NCBI RefSeq assembly: GCF_001194135.2
Contig: NC_069004.1
Span: forward strand, 21,231,582 to 21,295,581
Direction: 5' to 3'
From: Octopus bimaculoides
Taxonomy: Eukaryota
Length of the DNA: 64,000 nt
This document shows, in pieces, positions 38,290 through 51,644 of the stretch; the first letter of the stretch is position 1, and every line of letters begins with the position of its first letter. A model generated the notes under the pieces. That model saw only the letters and a program-made list of their open reading frames with translations. It did not search any database and was not told where the DNA came from. The translations under genes were made by a program, and so were the position numbers.

Positions 38290-39152
38290 ATTCTTTCCAA
38301 CTGTTCACTAGCATAGAACAGGTATACATGGAGAATGCTATAAAAAAACTAAATTGATCTCAAAAACAAACGTTGCAAAGCGTTTAGAGTGGAGTATAAA
38401 AACCTACAGAATTGGTCCCTAGAGCAATGGAAGAATGTTATTTTCTCGGACGAGTCATCCTTTACCTTATTTCCGACCACCAGCCGAGTTTGTGGGTGGA
38501 GACAGCCAAAAGAAGNNNNNNNNNNNNNNNNNNNNNNNNNNNNNNNNNNNNNNNNNNNNNNNNNNNNNNNNNNNNNNNNNNNNNNNNNNNNNNNNNNNNN
38601 NNNNNNNNNNNNNNNNNNNNNNNNNNNNNNNNNNNNNNNNNNNNNNNNNNNNGGGGGGGGGGGGCTAAATCTTGGAAATCCACCAGCCCAATGGTTTCCC
38701 TTCATGGCAGAATTAATAGTCAAGACTATTTAAGCATTTTATCTGATCAAATTCATCCTATGGTTGCGGAACTGTTTCCGGAGTGAAACGCAATCTTTCA
38801 GGATGATAATGCACCAATTCACACAGCTAAATATGTTACTGAATGATGCGAGGAACATTCTAGAGAAGTTGAACATCTTATCTGGCCACCACAGTCCCCA
38901 GATCTCTATATTATTGAACATTTATGGTGCATTTTAGAAAAATAAGTAAGGAGTTGATATCCTCCACCATCATCACTACAAGAACTGGAGACTGTTTTAG
39001 TTGAAGAATTCCTTTGGAAACAATTCAAACTTTGTATGAGTCCATACCTTGTAGAATTCAAGCTGTAATTACTGCCAAATGCGGTCCTACATCATATGAT
39101 AATAAATTTGTTTGACATTTTATCGTGTTTCCATTATTACGTCCAATCCCTG
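38290..39152 (+). mobile_element. Tc1-like transposon (DD36E spacing), 5'-truncated and disrupted
   Basis: KRLEW..WKNVIFSDESSF..FQDDNAPIHTA..WPPQSPDLYIIEHLW; right TIR gtgtttccattattacgtccaatccctg|TA; left TIR not found. Confidence 0.85.
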
Positions 39153-39488
39153 TATGTATGAATGTATGTATATATACATATATATACACACACATATATA
39201 TATACATATATACACACACATATATATATATATACATATATATACACATATATATATACNNNNNNNNNNTATATATACACATATATATATACATATATAT
39301 ACACATATATATATATATATATACATATATATATACACATATATATATACATATATATACGCATATATGTATATACACATATATATACATATATACACAC
39401 ATCCGTATTCCCGAGCGTCATACTAATATATACTTTTGTTATTTACACCACCTGTCCTCGTCTGTTGTTATTATTTGTATATTCTCCC

Positions 39489-39541
<53 letters not shown>

Positions 39542-39569
39542 CATACACATATATATATACATATATATA

Positions 39570-41475
39570 CTGGATTAAATGACTGTTTACTCGAATACGA
39601 CTATCCATTACCAAGCCCAGAAGAAGTATTCTCAAAACGAAACGGAGGAAAAGTTTTCTCGAAGTCAGACTTCTCAGAGACCTATCCACAGATACAGGTA
39701 GAGGACGATTGCGCAAACTTTTTAACAATCAACACACAGGCAGCTTCCTTTTGAAGTAAATGTGGCACCTGTCATATTCCAACAAGTGATGGACGCAATG
39801 TTAAATGATTGTGGTTTCGCTATCGTTTATCTCGATGATATTTTGATAAAGAGCGAGTCAGTGTCGCAACACTTCGGCCATATTAAAAACGTAGTCGAAA
39901 ATATAAATGAATACGAGTTTAGACTAACAGAAGAAAAGTGTGAATGCTTTATGAAAAAAAAATCAAATATCTGGGTCAAGTAATTGACAAAAGGGGACGA
40001 AGGGCAGACCAATCAAGGAATATGCCTCCCTCAACGAATGTGAAATTGTTACAAGCATTTTTAGGCTTGGTAAACTACTATCAAGTATATATCCCGAACA
40101 TACCCAACACACGCCCCTCACCCCTAAATGAGCTGTTAAGAAAGAATGCCAACTGGTTTTGGTCAGAAAAACGCCAGAAGGCATTTGAGGAACTAAAAAA
40201 CATATTAACCTCAGACTTTTCGCTTACACACTTCGATCCGAAGGTGGAGATGATACTGGCAACAGATGTTAGTGAGTACGGGATAGGTGCGTACTCCTAC
40301 ACAACTGCGAAGATGGCAGCCAAAAGGCTCATGCATCAAGAACACTATTGCAAGCTGAAAAAAAAAGAGGCATTGAGATTATATTTGGCATAAAAAAGTT
40401 TCACAGGTTTATACATGGTAGACGGTTTAGACTAGAAACAGACCATCGCTCGTTGCTAACGATTTATGAATCCAAGAAAGGAATCCCAGAATATACAGCA
40501 AACAGGTTGCAGCGATGGGCTACCATACTAAACTACGACTATGCAATGGAATATTTACCTTCGAAAAAGCTAGGACATACTGACGGCCTATCCAAGTTAA
40601 TACCCAGAAATGACGAACCATTCAAGGACACAGTAATAGCAGTCCTAAAAACCGAAGAGGAAATTAAACATATAATGTAGAACATTGTATGTGAGTTACC
40701 AATAACTCTGGAGCAGATAAAGTGACATGCGTAAAAAAAAAAAAATGGTCAGCGAAAGAAAATAAGTTAAAGGTTCGGTAAGGAAAAACAAAATGTGAAC
40801 ATATATTCAACATGCGAGCAAAGAAGGCATAAACAAAGTCGCTCTGCAGCAATTCCTAAGGCTGTATAGGGTGACACCAAACCCCAATATACCAGTAGGA
40901 AGCTCACCAGCAGAATTGGTGTTCGCCAGGAAGGAGAAATCGGGTTTTGATAAACAGTTACTTGGCGAGGAAAGAAAAAGTACCAGGAAAGGCGATCCAA
41001 AATTTTTAAAAATTGGTGTTAAGTTGTACATGAGGTCGTATTAAAACGGAAAACAGTACTGGGAAGAAGGCAAAATTACAAAGTACATAGGAAAAATGAT
41101 GTACGGAGTTAAAAGCAGAAAAAAGATACAGACACCAATTCAATAAGAGATTCATAGAAAATGAACCAGACAGATTGGAAGAACGTATGGAATGGTTGTA
41201 TGGCATATTCCAGGTGCCAACTCGTTTTACAGGAGGTTGGACTCATGTGAACAAGTGGAAGAGAAAGGAAGAACACAGAGTTCCTACAAATAGATGCCAA
41301 AAAGAAACAATATTAAGTTGGAAAAAAACACTAAAAAGAGAGGGGTGGTGAATAAAGTAAAATAAAATTACTTGTTTCCCAAAGAAAAAAACTATAAGAG
41401 GAGATGTTGTTGTGAAAATGGTACACTCCTTCACATGTGACAAAGTGGTATGACTGAGCCACTATAAAGTTGGAC
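39570..41475 (+). mobile_element. Gypsy LTR retrotransposon (Mag-like) pol remnant
   Basis: RT (YPLPSPEEVF..FSKSDF, APVIFQQVMD..IVYLDDILI), RNase H (LATDVSEYGIGA, ETDHRSL..RLQRWA), integrase remnant; polypurine AAGAGGAGA then TG at 41405; frameshifted. Confidence 0.85.
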
Positions 41476-41620
41476 AGGCAGTCATTGTAGGAGGTCAGCA
41501 GTAGTAGAGTTTTTATGTGAGTTGCAGGGTTGAGTGTTTTTTGTTGTGGAGTTGAGCGTCAGTCATTGGTGTTAGTTGTTGATATTGTTCGTGTTTTTTT
41601 GTGTCTTCCCGTTGTGGAGA

Positions 41621-42256
41621 ATGGAGGGGGCACCGGTGGGTGGCCAAGGTTATGCGGCCGCGACTGGAGGAGGAACAGAGGAGGGAGGGCTGGAAGTGGT
41701 CGAAATTAGGGTTGGTCCGAGGAAGATGAAGGAATGTGGGAGGTTGCTGGCGAGGGTCGGAAGCACGCTGACGTTGGCGCCGCCTGTGGAACTGACAGAA
41801 GGTGTGAGAGGGAGAGCTGTGGTTTTTAAAGCCATGAAGGTGGCAGCTGGAGGGATGGAGCTTGCGACGGTTGAGGCGATCGAGGGGTGCCTGAGGGGTG
41901 TCAGAGAGCAGGCAACTTTTGTAGCTGGAGGAGGGAAGTGTGCCACTGTGGGGGTGCGATTTGCAACAGAAGTAGAAGCAATTAGGAGCTCTACGGAGAC
42001 TGTACGATCGGAGGAATGGGTGCTTTTGCCGTCGTACTGTGGCAAACGTGTGGCCAGAGTGCGAATAGGCAAACTACCCCCAGAACTAGATGAAGCATGG
42101 CTCATGACAGCAATAAAGTACAACATGAAGGAAGAGGCCAAGATATTGAAGGCCACAAGAACAAAGAGTGTGGATTATTGGGGATATGGAATCGAACTGA
42201 CTATCCAGGCAACAGTGGAAGACCTTAATAGAATTGACGAGGAGATAGCGCTACCT
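41621..42256 (+). mobile_element. ORF1 of an L1/Tx1-like non-LTR element (open up to the gap)
   Basis: GC-rich, stop-free ~210 codons (MEGAPVGG..VRFATEVEA..LLPSYCGKRVARVRIGKLPPELDEAWL) preceded by a GT-rich leader; clade assignment is inference. Confidence 0.55.
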
Positions 42257-42966
42257 NNNNNNNNNNNNNNNNNNNNNNNNNNNNNNNNNNNNNNNNNNNN
42301 NNNNNNNNNNNNNNNNNNNNNNNNNNNNNNNNNNNNNNNNNNNNNNNNNNNNNNNNNNNNNNNNNNNNNNNNNNNNNNNNNNNNNNNNNNNNNNNNNNNN
42401 NNNNNNNNNNNNNNNNNNNNNNNNNNNNNNNNNNNNNNNNNNNNNNNNNNNNNNNNNNNNNNNNNNNNNNNNNNNNNNNNNNNNNNNNNNNNNNNNNNNN
42501 NNNNNNNNNNNNNNNNNNNNNNNNNNNNNNNNNNNNNNNNNNNNNNNNNNNNNNNNNNNNNNNNNNNNNNNNNNNNNNNNNNNNNNNNNNNNNNNNNNNN
42601 NNNNNNNNNNNNNNNNNNNNNNNNNNNNNNNNNNNNNNNNNNNNNNNNNNNNNNNNNNNNNNNNNNNNNNNNNNNNNNNNNNNNNNNNNNNNNNNNNNNN
42701 NNNNNNNNNNNNNNNNNNNNNNNNNNNNNNNNNNNNNNNNNNNNNNNNNNNNNNNNNNNNNNNNNNNNNNNNNNNNNNNNNNNNNNNNNNNNNNNNNNNN
42801 NNNNNNNNNNNNNNNNNNNNNNNNNNNNNNNNNNNNNNNNNNNNNNNNNNNNNNNNNNNNNNNNNNNNNNNCTTGATGAAAAGGTTATAGTTAGAGAGAG
42901 ACAGAAACAGGTGTCTTGCTGTAGAGAAGGTACAAGTTTACTCGGCTGGAGTGAGAGAGAGAGAGC

Positions 42967-43020
<54 letters not shown>

Positions 43021-43319
43021 AGGAAAGAAAACAGAAACAGGTGCGCCGCTGCCGCAAAGAAAATACATGGTTACACAACCTGATGGAAGAGCAGGAGAAG
43101 GAGAGAGAGAATGGGAGACAGCAGGATGGAGATGGTGGCAAAATGCCGGGCATACTCATAAGGAACGGGTATCAGAGTATCAATGGGATGGTTGAGTAAA
43201 GGAAGAGAGAGATATAGATGGGGGCAAGTGTCAGGGCATAGCCTTGAGGTTTGAATGCCATAATATAAGTGGCAGGATATTGTGAAGGAAGCGCGATTAA
43301 ATAGGGCGGAGGTGGGGTG

Positions 43320-45241
43320 AGTGGCGAATATTTACCCCTTCCATCTGCTGACGGACGGTTCCTTTGTGACATTTCTACCGGATCACTTAGACTGCTTGTT
43401 CCACATCGTCATCAGCGTCACCGTTTTCGATGCTCTTCATTCCTTGTCGCATCCCGGCATAGCCACCACAGTAAAGCTCATTACAGCCCGTTTCTTCTGG
43501 CCTAACATGCGCCGTATAATCACCAGTTGGACACGTTCTTGTTTGCAGTGTCGACGCACCAAGGTTCATCGACATGTTCGTGCTCCTCTCAGACGCTCGT
43601 TTCCGTCATGTCCACATCGACATCGTTGGACCCTGGCCCATTAGTCGCGGTTTCACGTACATCTTGACTTGCATCGATGTTTTCTCTCGATGGCCTGAAG
43701 CCTTACCTGACCGACATCACAGCCAAATCCGTCGCCCAAGCGTTCATTTCCAATTGGGTGGAGCGCTTTGGTGTCCCATCTAAAATAACCACTGATAGGG
43801 GATGCCACTTCGAAGCTTCTTTATTCCGTGAAATATCACGACTGTTGGGTGCTCATCGAATTCATACACCAAATTATCACCCAGCTTCCAATGGAATGAT
43901 AGAACGATTCCGCAGACAGTTAAAAGCTGCACTACGCGCTATTCCTGATCCGCAACGTTGGACTGAATTCCTACCAATTGTTCTTCTTAGTTGCCGTTCC
44001 ACTGTTAAAACAGATTTAGGTTTCTCTTTAGCCGAACTTGATGCTTCCCGGTCAAATGTTCGCACCAGTTGACTCATCAGATTCTGATACGAAATCATAC
44101 GTCAACAAACTTCATTCTTACTTCTCCAATCTTCCACCAATGTCTCCGCGGGACCAATCCATTTCTTCTGCTCTCCCATCAGACATCCCTGAGTGGACAC
44201 ATGTTTTTATTCGGAACGATTCCGTTAAAGGATCTCTTACATCACCTTATTCTGGACCTTATCATGTACTGTCGCACTCACCAAAAAAATTCATAGTCGA
44301 CGTTAATGGTCGAAAAGAAACATCGACAGAATAAAGACGGCTTTCTCAGAAAATCTCATTCCCGAACCTGACATACCACGCACATTCACTCCGACACCAA
44401 CACCGCCACATGCACCACAAACACAACATACCTTTAAACCTTATATCACAAGAAGTGGCAGAACAGTACATTGGCCTCAAAATTTATCCAGAACCATTTA
44501 TATTTAACGTTGTGTTACAAAATAAACTGTTTGCTATTTCTTTTGCAAAAGAACTTCGTTGAAAAACATTTTTCCCATGCACGCTTCACATTGTATTTTT
44601 CGTATTGTCATGTTTTGCATTTAGTTTGAGGTGCATAGCTGTGTAGCTAAAGGTTTGCTGCACCAAACTCTGCAGTACCTATCATGATGCATATATTGAT
44701 TTTCTCCTATTTTACTACTTGTTTTGCAAGCACATGTTTCTACTACCTCGTTTTGCTTTGTATCTGCCCTGGATCACTACAATGATTTTTCGTATCGACT
44801 TCTCGTCTGAAGAGGGAGATATGTATTGACCCCTGGCGATCAAGCAGGAAAACAAAACGAAAAAAGGTCTAACGAGAGTAATCTCCCTCGACCTTCTCGA
44901 AAATTCTCGAACATTCTAGAAGCTTCCAATTAACTTCCGGATGACGTGGAAGTCAGGGACTTCCGGTTCATCCATTATAAAGGAACACATTCTAATTTTG
45001 CGCCACTCTTACCTGTCGGATCCTAGATATGCACTGAGTCACGCCACTCGCATACACACTCGCACGCGCGGATGTTCGCCTTATTTGCTTTGAAACATGT
45101 GGCTGCAAAATATGTTCATGTCATGTTACAAGCTTTTCCTTCAATTAAGCTTATATGTTAACGCATTACATCCAGTAATAAATATGTTATGACTTATTAT
45201 GAACGTCTTACAAATTCTTATTTTCTTGTCGTTTACGTACA
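43320..45241 (+). mobile_element. Gypsy (CsRN1-like) integrase, 3' UTR, PPT and 3' LTR
   Basis: LHSLSHPGI..FFWPNM..CLQC (HHCC), HVHIDIVGP..CIDVFSRWPEA, ITTDRG, YHPASNGMIER, GPY module; PPT gaagagggag at about 44810. Confidence 0.88.
44822..45241 (+). repeat. LTR (~420 bp)
   Basis: TG...CA termini right after the PPT; internal TATAAA and AATAAA. Confidence 0.7.
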
Positions 45242-46249
45242 AGATGGTGACACCTCTTTCTCGCATGCAATTATAAAAATTATAGGATGTCACTTACTGA
45301 CAATCACTATAGGAGGATACACATGGATGAAAAAGGTCAGTGAAGAGGTCACAGATGTGTGATGAAAGATTTCCAGACAATGGACATAAGATAAAATAAC
45401 AACAATAATAAACGAGTGAAGAACGGATATCTAGTGTGTGTTTATTTGGCAAAAAATTTTTTAAAAATAAAAATTTAAAAAAACGACCATCCCAAAATAT
45501 AACAATATCTGTTTCAACACACGATTTCACATCAGGAATCTTGCAAAACAAATTCATAAACATATGTGTACACACACACACACACACACACATACACACA
45601 CACACACACACACACATACACACACACACACACAATTATTTGGTAGCCTTGATAAAACTCCGAGTTTCGGATGCCGGGGCAGAAACATATGCCTACTCCA
45701 ATCCTACTCATTTGTATCTCTGTTTCTTGCCTGTGAAAAGTAGAGTTAAAGATCCTTTCCATCCTCCCTCTTGCACACAACACACCTCCATTCACCTCTC
45801 TTCCAGTGTCTCCACAATCTTACTAATAGTTACCAAGCACAGCCAAATGAGCAAAGTTTGTAACCCTGGGTATATAGTGAGACCTGTTGATGAGAATTAA
45901 GATAGGTAAACTTTCAAAATTCAAAATCAATTGATTCAGGGGTATCTATTTCCTCATTCAATGGCTGAGATGGTAAGTTAATTTCTTTGCTCGTAGCCTA
46001 ATTTCTGTTGTGCTTGATATATTTCTAGAGATTGGCAGCTTGTTTTAGAAGATCTACCGACTCTGATTTTCACAGCAATTCTGGCACAGTGTGTGTCTTA
46101 TTATAATTATAAATTAATTATAAAATTTTAGATTTGCCATTTATCAGCTTTTGATTACTGGCCACTTATATTATTGTTCTTATTATTCATTTTACTAATG
46201 ATAACAATTAATAATAATATCTATATATTTTCAAATATTTATTCATTTA

Positions 46250-46292
<43 letters not shown>

Positions 46293-46452
46293 ATGTTTGA
46301 GCAAAAATTTGGGCACTCAAATAGACAGTTGATGATTTTTATAAATTATTTCATTTTTGATTTCAGTTTCTTTTTAATATTTTCCTTAAAAATATTCATT
46401 TTTATAATCATTGATTGGTTGTCTTCTGTACCAATCCAGGAAACCATTATTA

Positions 46453-46484
<32 letters not shown>

Positions 46485-48708
46485 TGAAGGAAAAAGATGT
46501 TTCTGAGGTAGCCCCACAGGAAAGATAAAATAACTGGTTTGCCTTATGAAAATGGATGTTTTAGTTCCAGTTATACTTGTAGAAGGTTTGTAGACTATGT
46601 GAGAATCCATTAATTGCCTATTGTAGGAGAAAAGTGTGTCTTTTTTACCTGTTTATATATCTTTGATAAATAGCTATTTCTATTGTTCATGGTTCAAAAT
46701 GACATCAGACGTAGAGGGAGAAATGCTCATCACAGTGATGGTAGCAGAAGCCCCTATAATAAAACATCCTTACAAATTATTTTTAAAAATCTCAATTAAT
46801 GGACAAAAAAACGAAACTCATGCATACAAAGATTCAAGCTTAAACACTTAAAAAAAGCAATAATATGAATAAAAAATAACATTCAGTGTTTTACAAATGT
46901 TGAGGAGCAAAAGTTCAAAGAACATGAGTAAAAATATGAAGGCATGCTGCCAAAAGCAGTGCTTATTTGCCTTATGAATTTATCTAGGAAAGGGAAAAGG
47001 GTAAGATAAGATACCACTGTTTTTCAAAACAATGGTGGGGATTTCAATGCCCTTAAAAGAAAGGTGTGTGTTCTATTAACCAAATTAGGATATAATGAAG
47101 AATTCTTAACCCTTTCAAACTGGGAATTAGGCTAAGCAATAAGTTGAGGTGGTGTTTCTTACTCCTGCCCTACAGGAGTGAGGCGAGTTCAGATCTGACC
47201 CCGATCCTCACACTCAGGAAGACAAGGATTATGGTTATAGATATTTTGACAGAAGCTCATCATCATCTTTACATAACACTACAACCATGGGGTGAGCATG
47301 GAGGGGATCCACAGGAATATGAAATCAAGTGGATTTGCATAAACCTTCAAGTCATTTGATCCTCTTCCAAAGGACACAAGGCTATCTTGAAGCTGTACTC
47401 TATCAAAGGAGTATGTATCTTTCAGTTTATTCCTATTGTATGTTGTTCTTCCCTTTATTTGTCTTTTGATGATTGATTCTATGTGCACCCCTTATATTTT
47501 TGTAATTTATCATTGTAATTCCCCCTCAAACATTGCTCTTGTGGCAAGCAAAAGAAAATAGTGGATTGACAGAATTATTGAACTAAATGCTTAGAGATAT
47601 TTGTTCCTGCTCTTTATGTTCCGAGATCAATTCCTGCCAAGGTCAACTTTGCCTTTCATTCTATTTTTTTTTTTTTTTTTTTGCACTGATAACATTAAAC
47701 TCCAGTCAAGAACTGGGTTGATGTAATCAGCTTGTCTATCCACTAGACCTTGAACCTATGCTTTCCTTTTTAGGGTGGTGGATTGACAGAATCAGTGAAG
47801 TGTAGTATTGCTTCTGGTTCTTTACTTTTTAAATTGAAATCCCACCAAAGTCAAATTTGTCATTCTTTCAGATTCAACAAATGAAAGTACCTGTCAAATA
47901 CTGGGGTTGATTTAATGAAAGAAACCCCCTCCCCGCAAATATTCAGGCTAATACTTGTTACAGTTATTATTATTATCATTATTATTAAGAAGGCAAAAGC
48001 AGTGAGCTGGCAGAATTGTTAACACACCAGGCAAAATGCTTAGTGGAATTTCGTATGTCCTTATGTTCTGAGTTCAAATTCTGCTGAGGTCAACTTAGCC
48101 CTTCATCCATTTGGGTTTCAATAAAATAAGTACCAGTTGAACACTGAGATTGATGTAATCTACTTACTCACTTCTCTGAAGTTATTGGCCTAGTACCAAA
48201 ATTTGAAGCCATTATTATTAAGGAGGCAAACTGACAGAATCATTAGTATACAATGGGTTGCTGGGTGGCTGCTAAGTAGCACAACTGAATGTAGCTGTGT
48301 GTGTGTGTGTCAAGGGTACATGCAGTGTTTTCTGTTTTATTTTTGTGTTTAAAGTACTGTATGTAATATATGTTCTGTGTGTTGTTGCTGTTAATGTTTA
48401 GTTCTTTGTTGGCCTTGATTCTGTAGAATTATGATTAAAGCTATTCCAATTATGTTTATTCAATATTTTTGTCATTTTGATGAGGGAATCTTGGTCTGTC
48501 TTTGAACACACCATATAATGAGTCTTTTTATGGATGGTAGGATTTGGTTTGATGCACATGTAAGTGTTATTTCTAGCAAATAATCAGACTGTATAGGGGC
48601 TCCCTTGCTGATTTGCATTTCTGTTTTTTTTTTAATGTTGTGTGTGTGAATATATANNNNNNNNNNNNNNNNNNNNNNNNNNNNNNNNNNNNNNNNNNNN
48701 NNNNNNNN

Positions 48709-48754
<46 letters not shown>

Positions 48755-49141
48755 CTTTCTCCTCAACTTATAACTGACTGGTTGTAAGTCATTCTGGGTG
48801 TATGCCGGATTTATATTTTTCAACACTATTTTCATTCAAATGGGTTATAAAAATATAAAACACAAAAATTTAATCCATAATTATTGTACATAATGTGAAA
48901 AATGCATAATATGTACTTTATTTTTTTTTTGTGGTCATAAGTCGTATAGGTTGTAAGTTGAGGAGAAGGTGTATATAATTTCATTTTGATGTTAACCCTG
49001 AAGTTTACCCTGTTAAGCTCATCCATGGGACCAGGCTATCAGACAGCAGACAGATGGTAATCCAAAGATTGTTTGTTATATCAAACACAAGCCTGAAAAT
49101 CCACTAAACACCACAGAGTTTCTACAATTATAACATAGGAG

Positions 49142-49477
49142 AATGGAGTGGACATGTCCTTTTATTTCATTGATTTACAGTTATTTTGTTGAAAATTTAT
49201 CTTGTGAGTGTTGCTATGTTATGCAACAATATATGCAATCATTAATACATGAAGTATCATAGACACAAAATTCAAGATCAATTCTTCAGAATCATGCATA
49301 AAAGTTATTTGCAAATATCTATTATGCATGATTCTCAAGAATTAATCTTGTGTCTATGACATCTCATGTATCAATGGTTGCATATTTCATTGCATAATAA
49401 TATAGTAATACTCATGAAATCAATTTTCAAGGAGACAATTGTAAATCAATGAAATAAAAGCATGTGTTCCTTCCATT
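49142..49477. repeat. ~335-bp imperfect palindrome downstream of the SLCO stop codon
   Basis: Arms ttttatttcattgatttaca / tgtaaatcaatgaaataaaa, tcatagacaca / tgtgtctatga and agaatcatgcataa / ttatgcatgattct. Confidence 0.85.
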
Positions 49478-50252
49478 TTCCTTGGTTATAATTATATATA
49501 TATGGTTAATGTTAGGAAGGGCATCCAGCAGTAGAAACCAAGCCAAATCAGACAGACTGGAACCTGGTGCAGTTCTCCTGCTTATCAACTCTGGTCAAAC
49601 TGTCCAACCCATGCATGCCAACTTGGAGGATGGACATTACAGAATGATGATGATGATGATGATGATGATGGTGATAGTGATGATGACGATGACGACGATG
49701 ATGATGATGATGAGGAGGAGGATGAAGATGATGATGATGATAATGATGATGATGATATATACATACACATATACATATATATATATNNNNNNNNNNNNNN
49801 NNNNNNNNNNNNNNNNNNNNNNNNNNNNNNNNNNNNNNNNNNNNNNNNNNNNNNNNNNNNNNNNNNNNNNNNNNNNNNNNNNNNNNNNNNNNNNNNNNNN
49901 NNNNNNNNNNNNNNNNNNNNNNNNNNNNNNNNNNNNNNNNNNNNNNNNNNNNNNNNNNNNNNNNNNNNNNNNNNNNNNNNNNNNNNNNNNNNNNNNNNNN
50001 NNNNNNNNNNNNNNNNNNNNNNNNNNNNNNNNNNNNNNNNNNNNNNNNNNNNNNNNNNNNNNNNNNNNNNNNNNNNNNNNNNNNNNNNNNNNNNNNNNNN
50101 NNNNNNNNNNNNNNNNNNNNNNNNNNNNNNNNNNNNNNNNNNNNNNNNNNNNNNNNNNNNNNNNNNNNNNNNNTATATATATATATATATACATCAATAT
50201 ATATATACATCAATATATATATATACATCAATATATTTGCCTGTATTATTAC

Positions 50253-50285
<33 letters not shown>

Positions 50286-50318
50286 CATCATTATTATTAA
50301 CATCATTTATAATTTTCG

Positions 50319-50596
50319 TCATAAACTTGTTGTTTCTATGTTCCTGCTTGCTATGGCTTCTGCAAGTTTCTCTCTTAAAACATCTCCAGGTTGTGACCGT
50401 TTCCTGGCCAGACAGAAAGCTACCAGAATCAATGCAATGGATAAAAGCCGTCCACCCAACAATGGTAAAAATACCAGTTGCTTGAGTTTTGAAATATCAT
50501 ATAGTTGACATGATCCCTTTTGTCCACAGTTATATTCCCATATGGAACAGGCTGTGTCTATAAGTTGACCAAACAAGGCTGGAGCTGGAAGGAATC
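50319..50596 (-). CDS. SLCO: SLCO/OATP organic anion transporter, terminal coding exon
   Basis: Minus-strand ttttcag|GA TTC CTT; (G)FLPAPALFGQLIDTACSIWEYNCGQKGSCQLYDISKLKQ...ETTSL* has the OATP C-terminal P.P..FG..ID..C..W...CG..G.C..YD signature. Confidence 0.93.
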
Positions 50597-51270
50597 CTGA
50601 AAATAGAAGAAATAACAAGAAATTACACACACACACATATCATCATCATCATCAGTATCACTGTTTAACGTTCATCCTCCATGCATGCATGGGTAGGACG
50701 GTTCACAGGAACTGGCCAGGTAGAAAAACTACCTTATGCTACTCTATTTTGGCAGGGTTTTTATGGCTGGATGCCCTTCCTAATATCAACCACTCTGCAG
50801 AGTGGACTCAGTGCTTTTTATGTGACACTAGCACAGATGAGGCTAATTTTGACATGATTTTTACTGCCAGATGCCCTTCCAAATGCCAACCACTTTACAG
50901 TGTGGACTGGATGCTTTTTAAATGGCACCAGCACTGGCAGGGTCACCAAGTAACTCGCAAGACAAGGAATTATGAGAGGGGCAGGGGCATTTGAGGAGGG
51001 GAACTTGTGTCAGAGGACGAAAGGTTAGAGGGTGACAAAGAGATAGAGAGGCAGAAACAGGTGTCTCACTATAATGGAGGGGCCACTGGAGGAGGTGATC
51101 CAGTGTCAGATGATGAAAGGTTAGAATCTTAGAGAGAAATAAGGAGAAATAGGGAGGTAGAAATAGGTGCCTTGCTATAGAGGAGGTACAATAGGAGAGA
51201 GAAAGAAAGAATAAGCGCAGAAATAATTGTGCTGCTGTGGAGGAGATACGCAGCTACTCAGCATGAGGGA

Positions 51271-51302
<32 letters not shown>

Positions 51303-51644
51303 TAGGCAACAGCAAAAGTGTAAGAGAGAGCAGGAGAGAGATGGTGGTGAAGTGCCAGGGTATACTCACAAGTAACAAGGATCAGAGCATAGATGTGATA
51401 GTAGAGTAACGAAAAGAGAGGTATGAAGGTCATAATTTGTGTGGTCAGGTATTGCCAAGAAGGTACAAGTAGGAAGTGAGGTTTGCAGTGACTGGTGAAA
51501 ACCTGGGTAGTGAGCAGTGAAGGCAAGAAAGGGAATTGGAAGACAATCATAGTTTATGAGGAGGAAATGTGAGGAAGAGAAAGATGCTCTTTAGAAGTGA
51601 TGTAGTTCAGTTTCTTGGGGTAGGGTGTGTAAGTTTGTTGTTAC

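Noticed and set aside
45645-45705. Hammerhead-like ..TTGATAA..GAAAC-ATAT-GCC
   Set aside because: Core has multiple mismatches and stem I does not register.
47144-47430. Coding-looking segment (..ILTEAHHHL..) with a nearby ag/gt
   Set aside because: Stops in the spliceable frames and no recognisable family.
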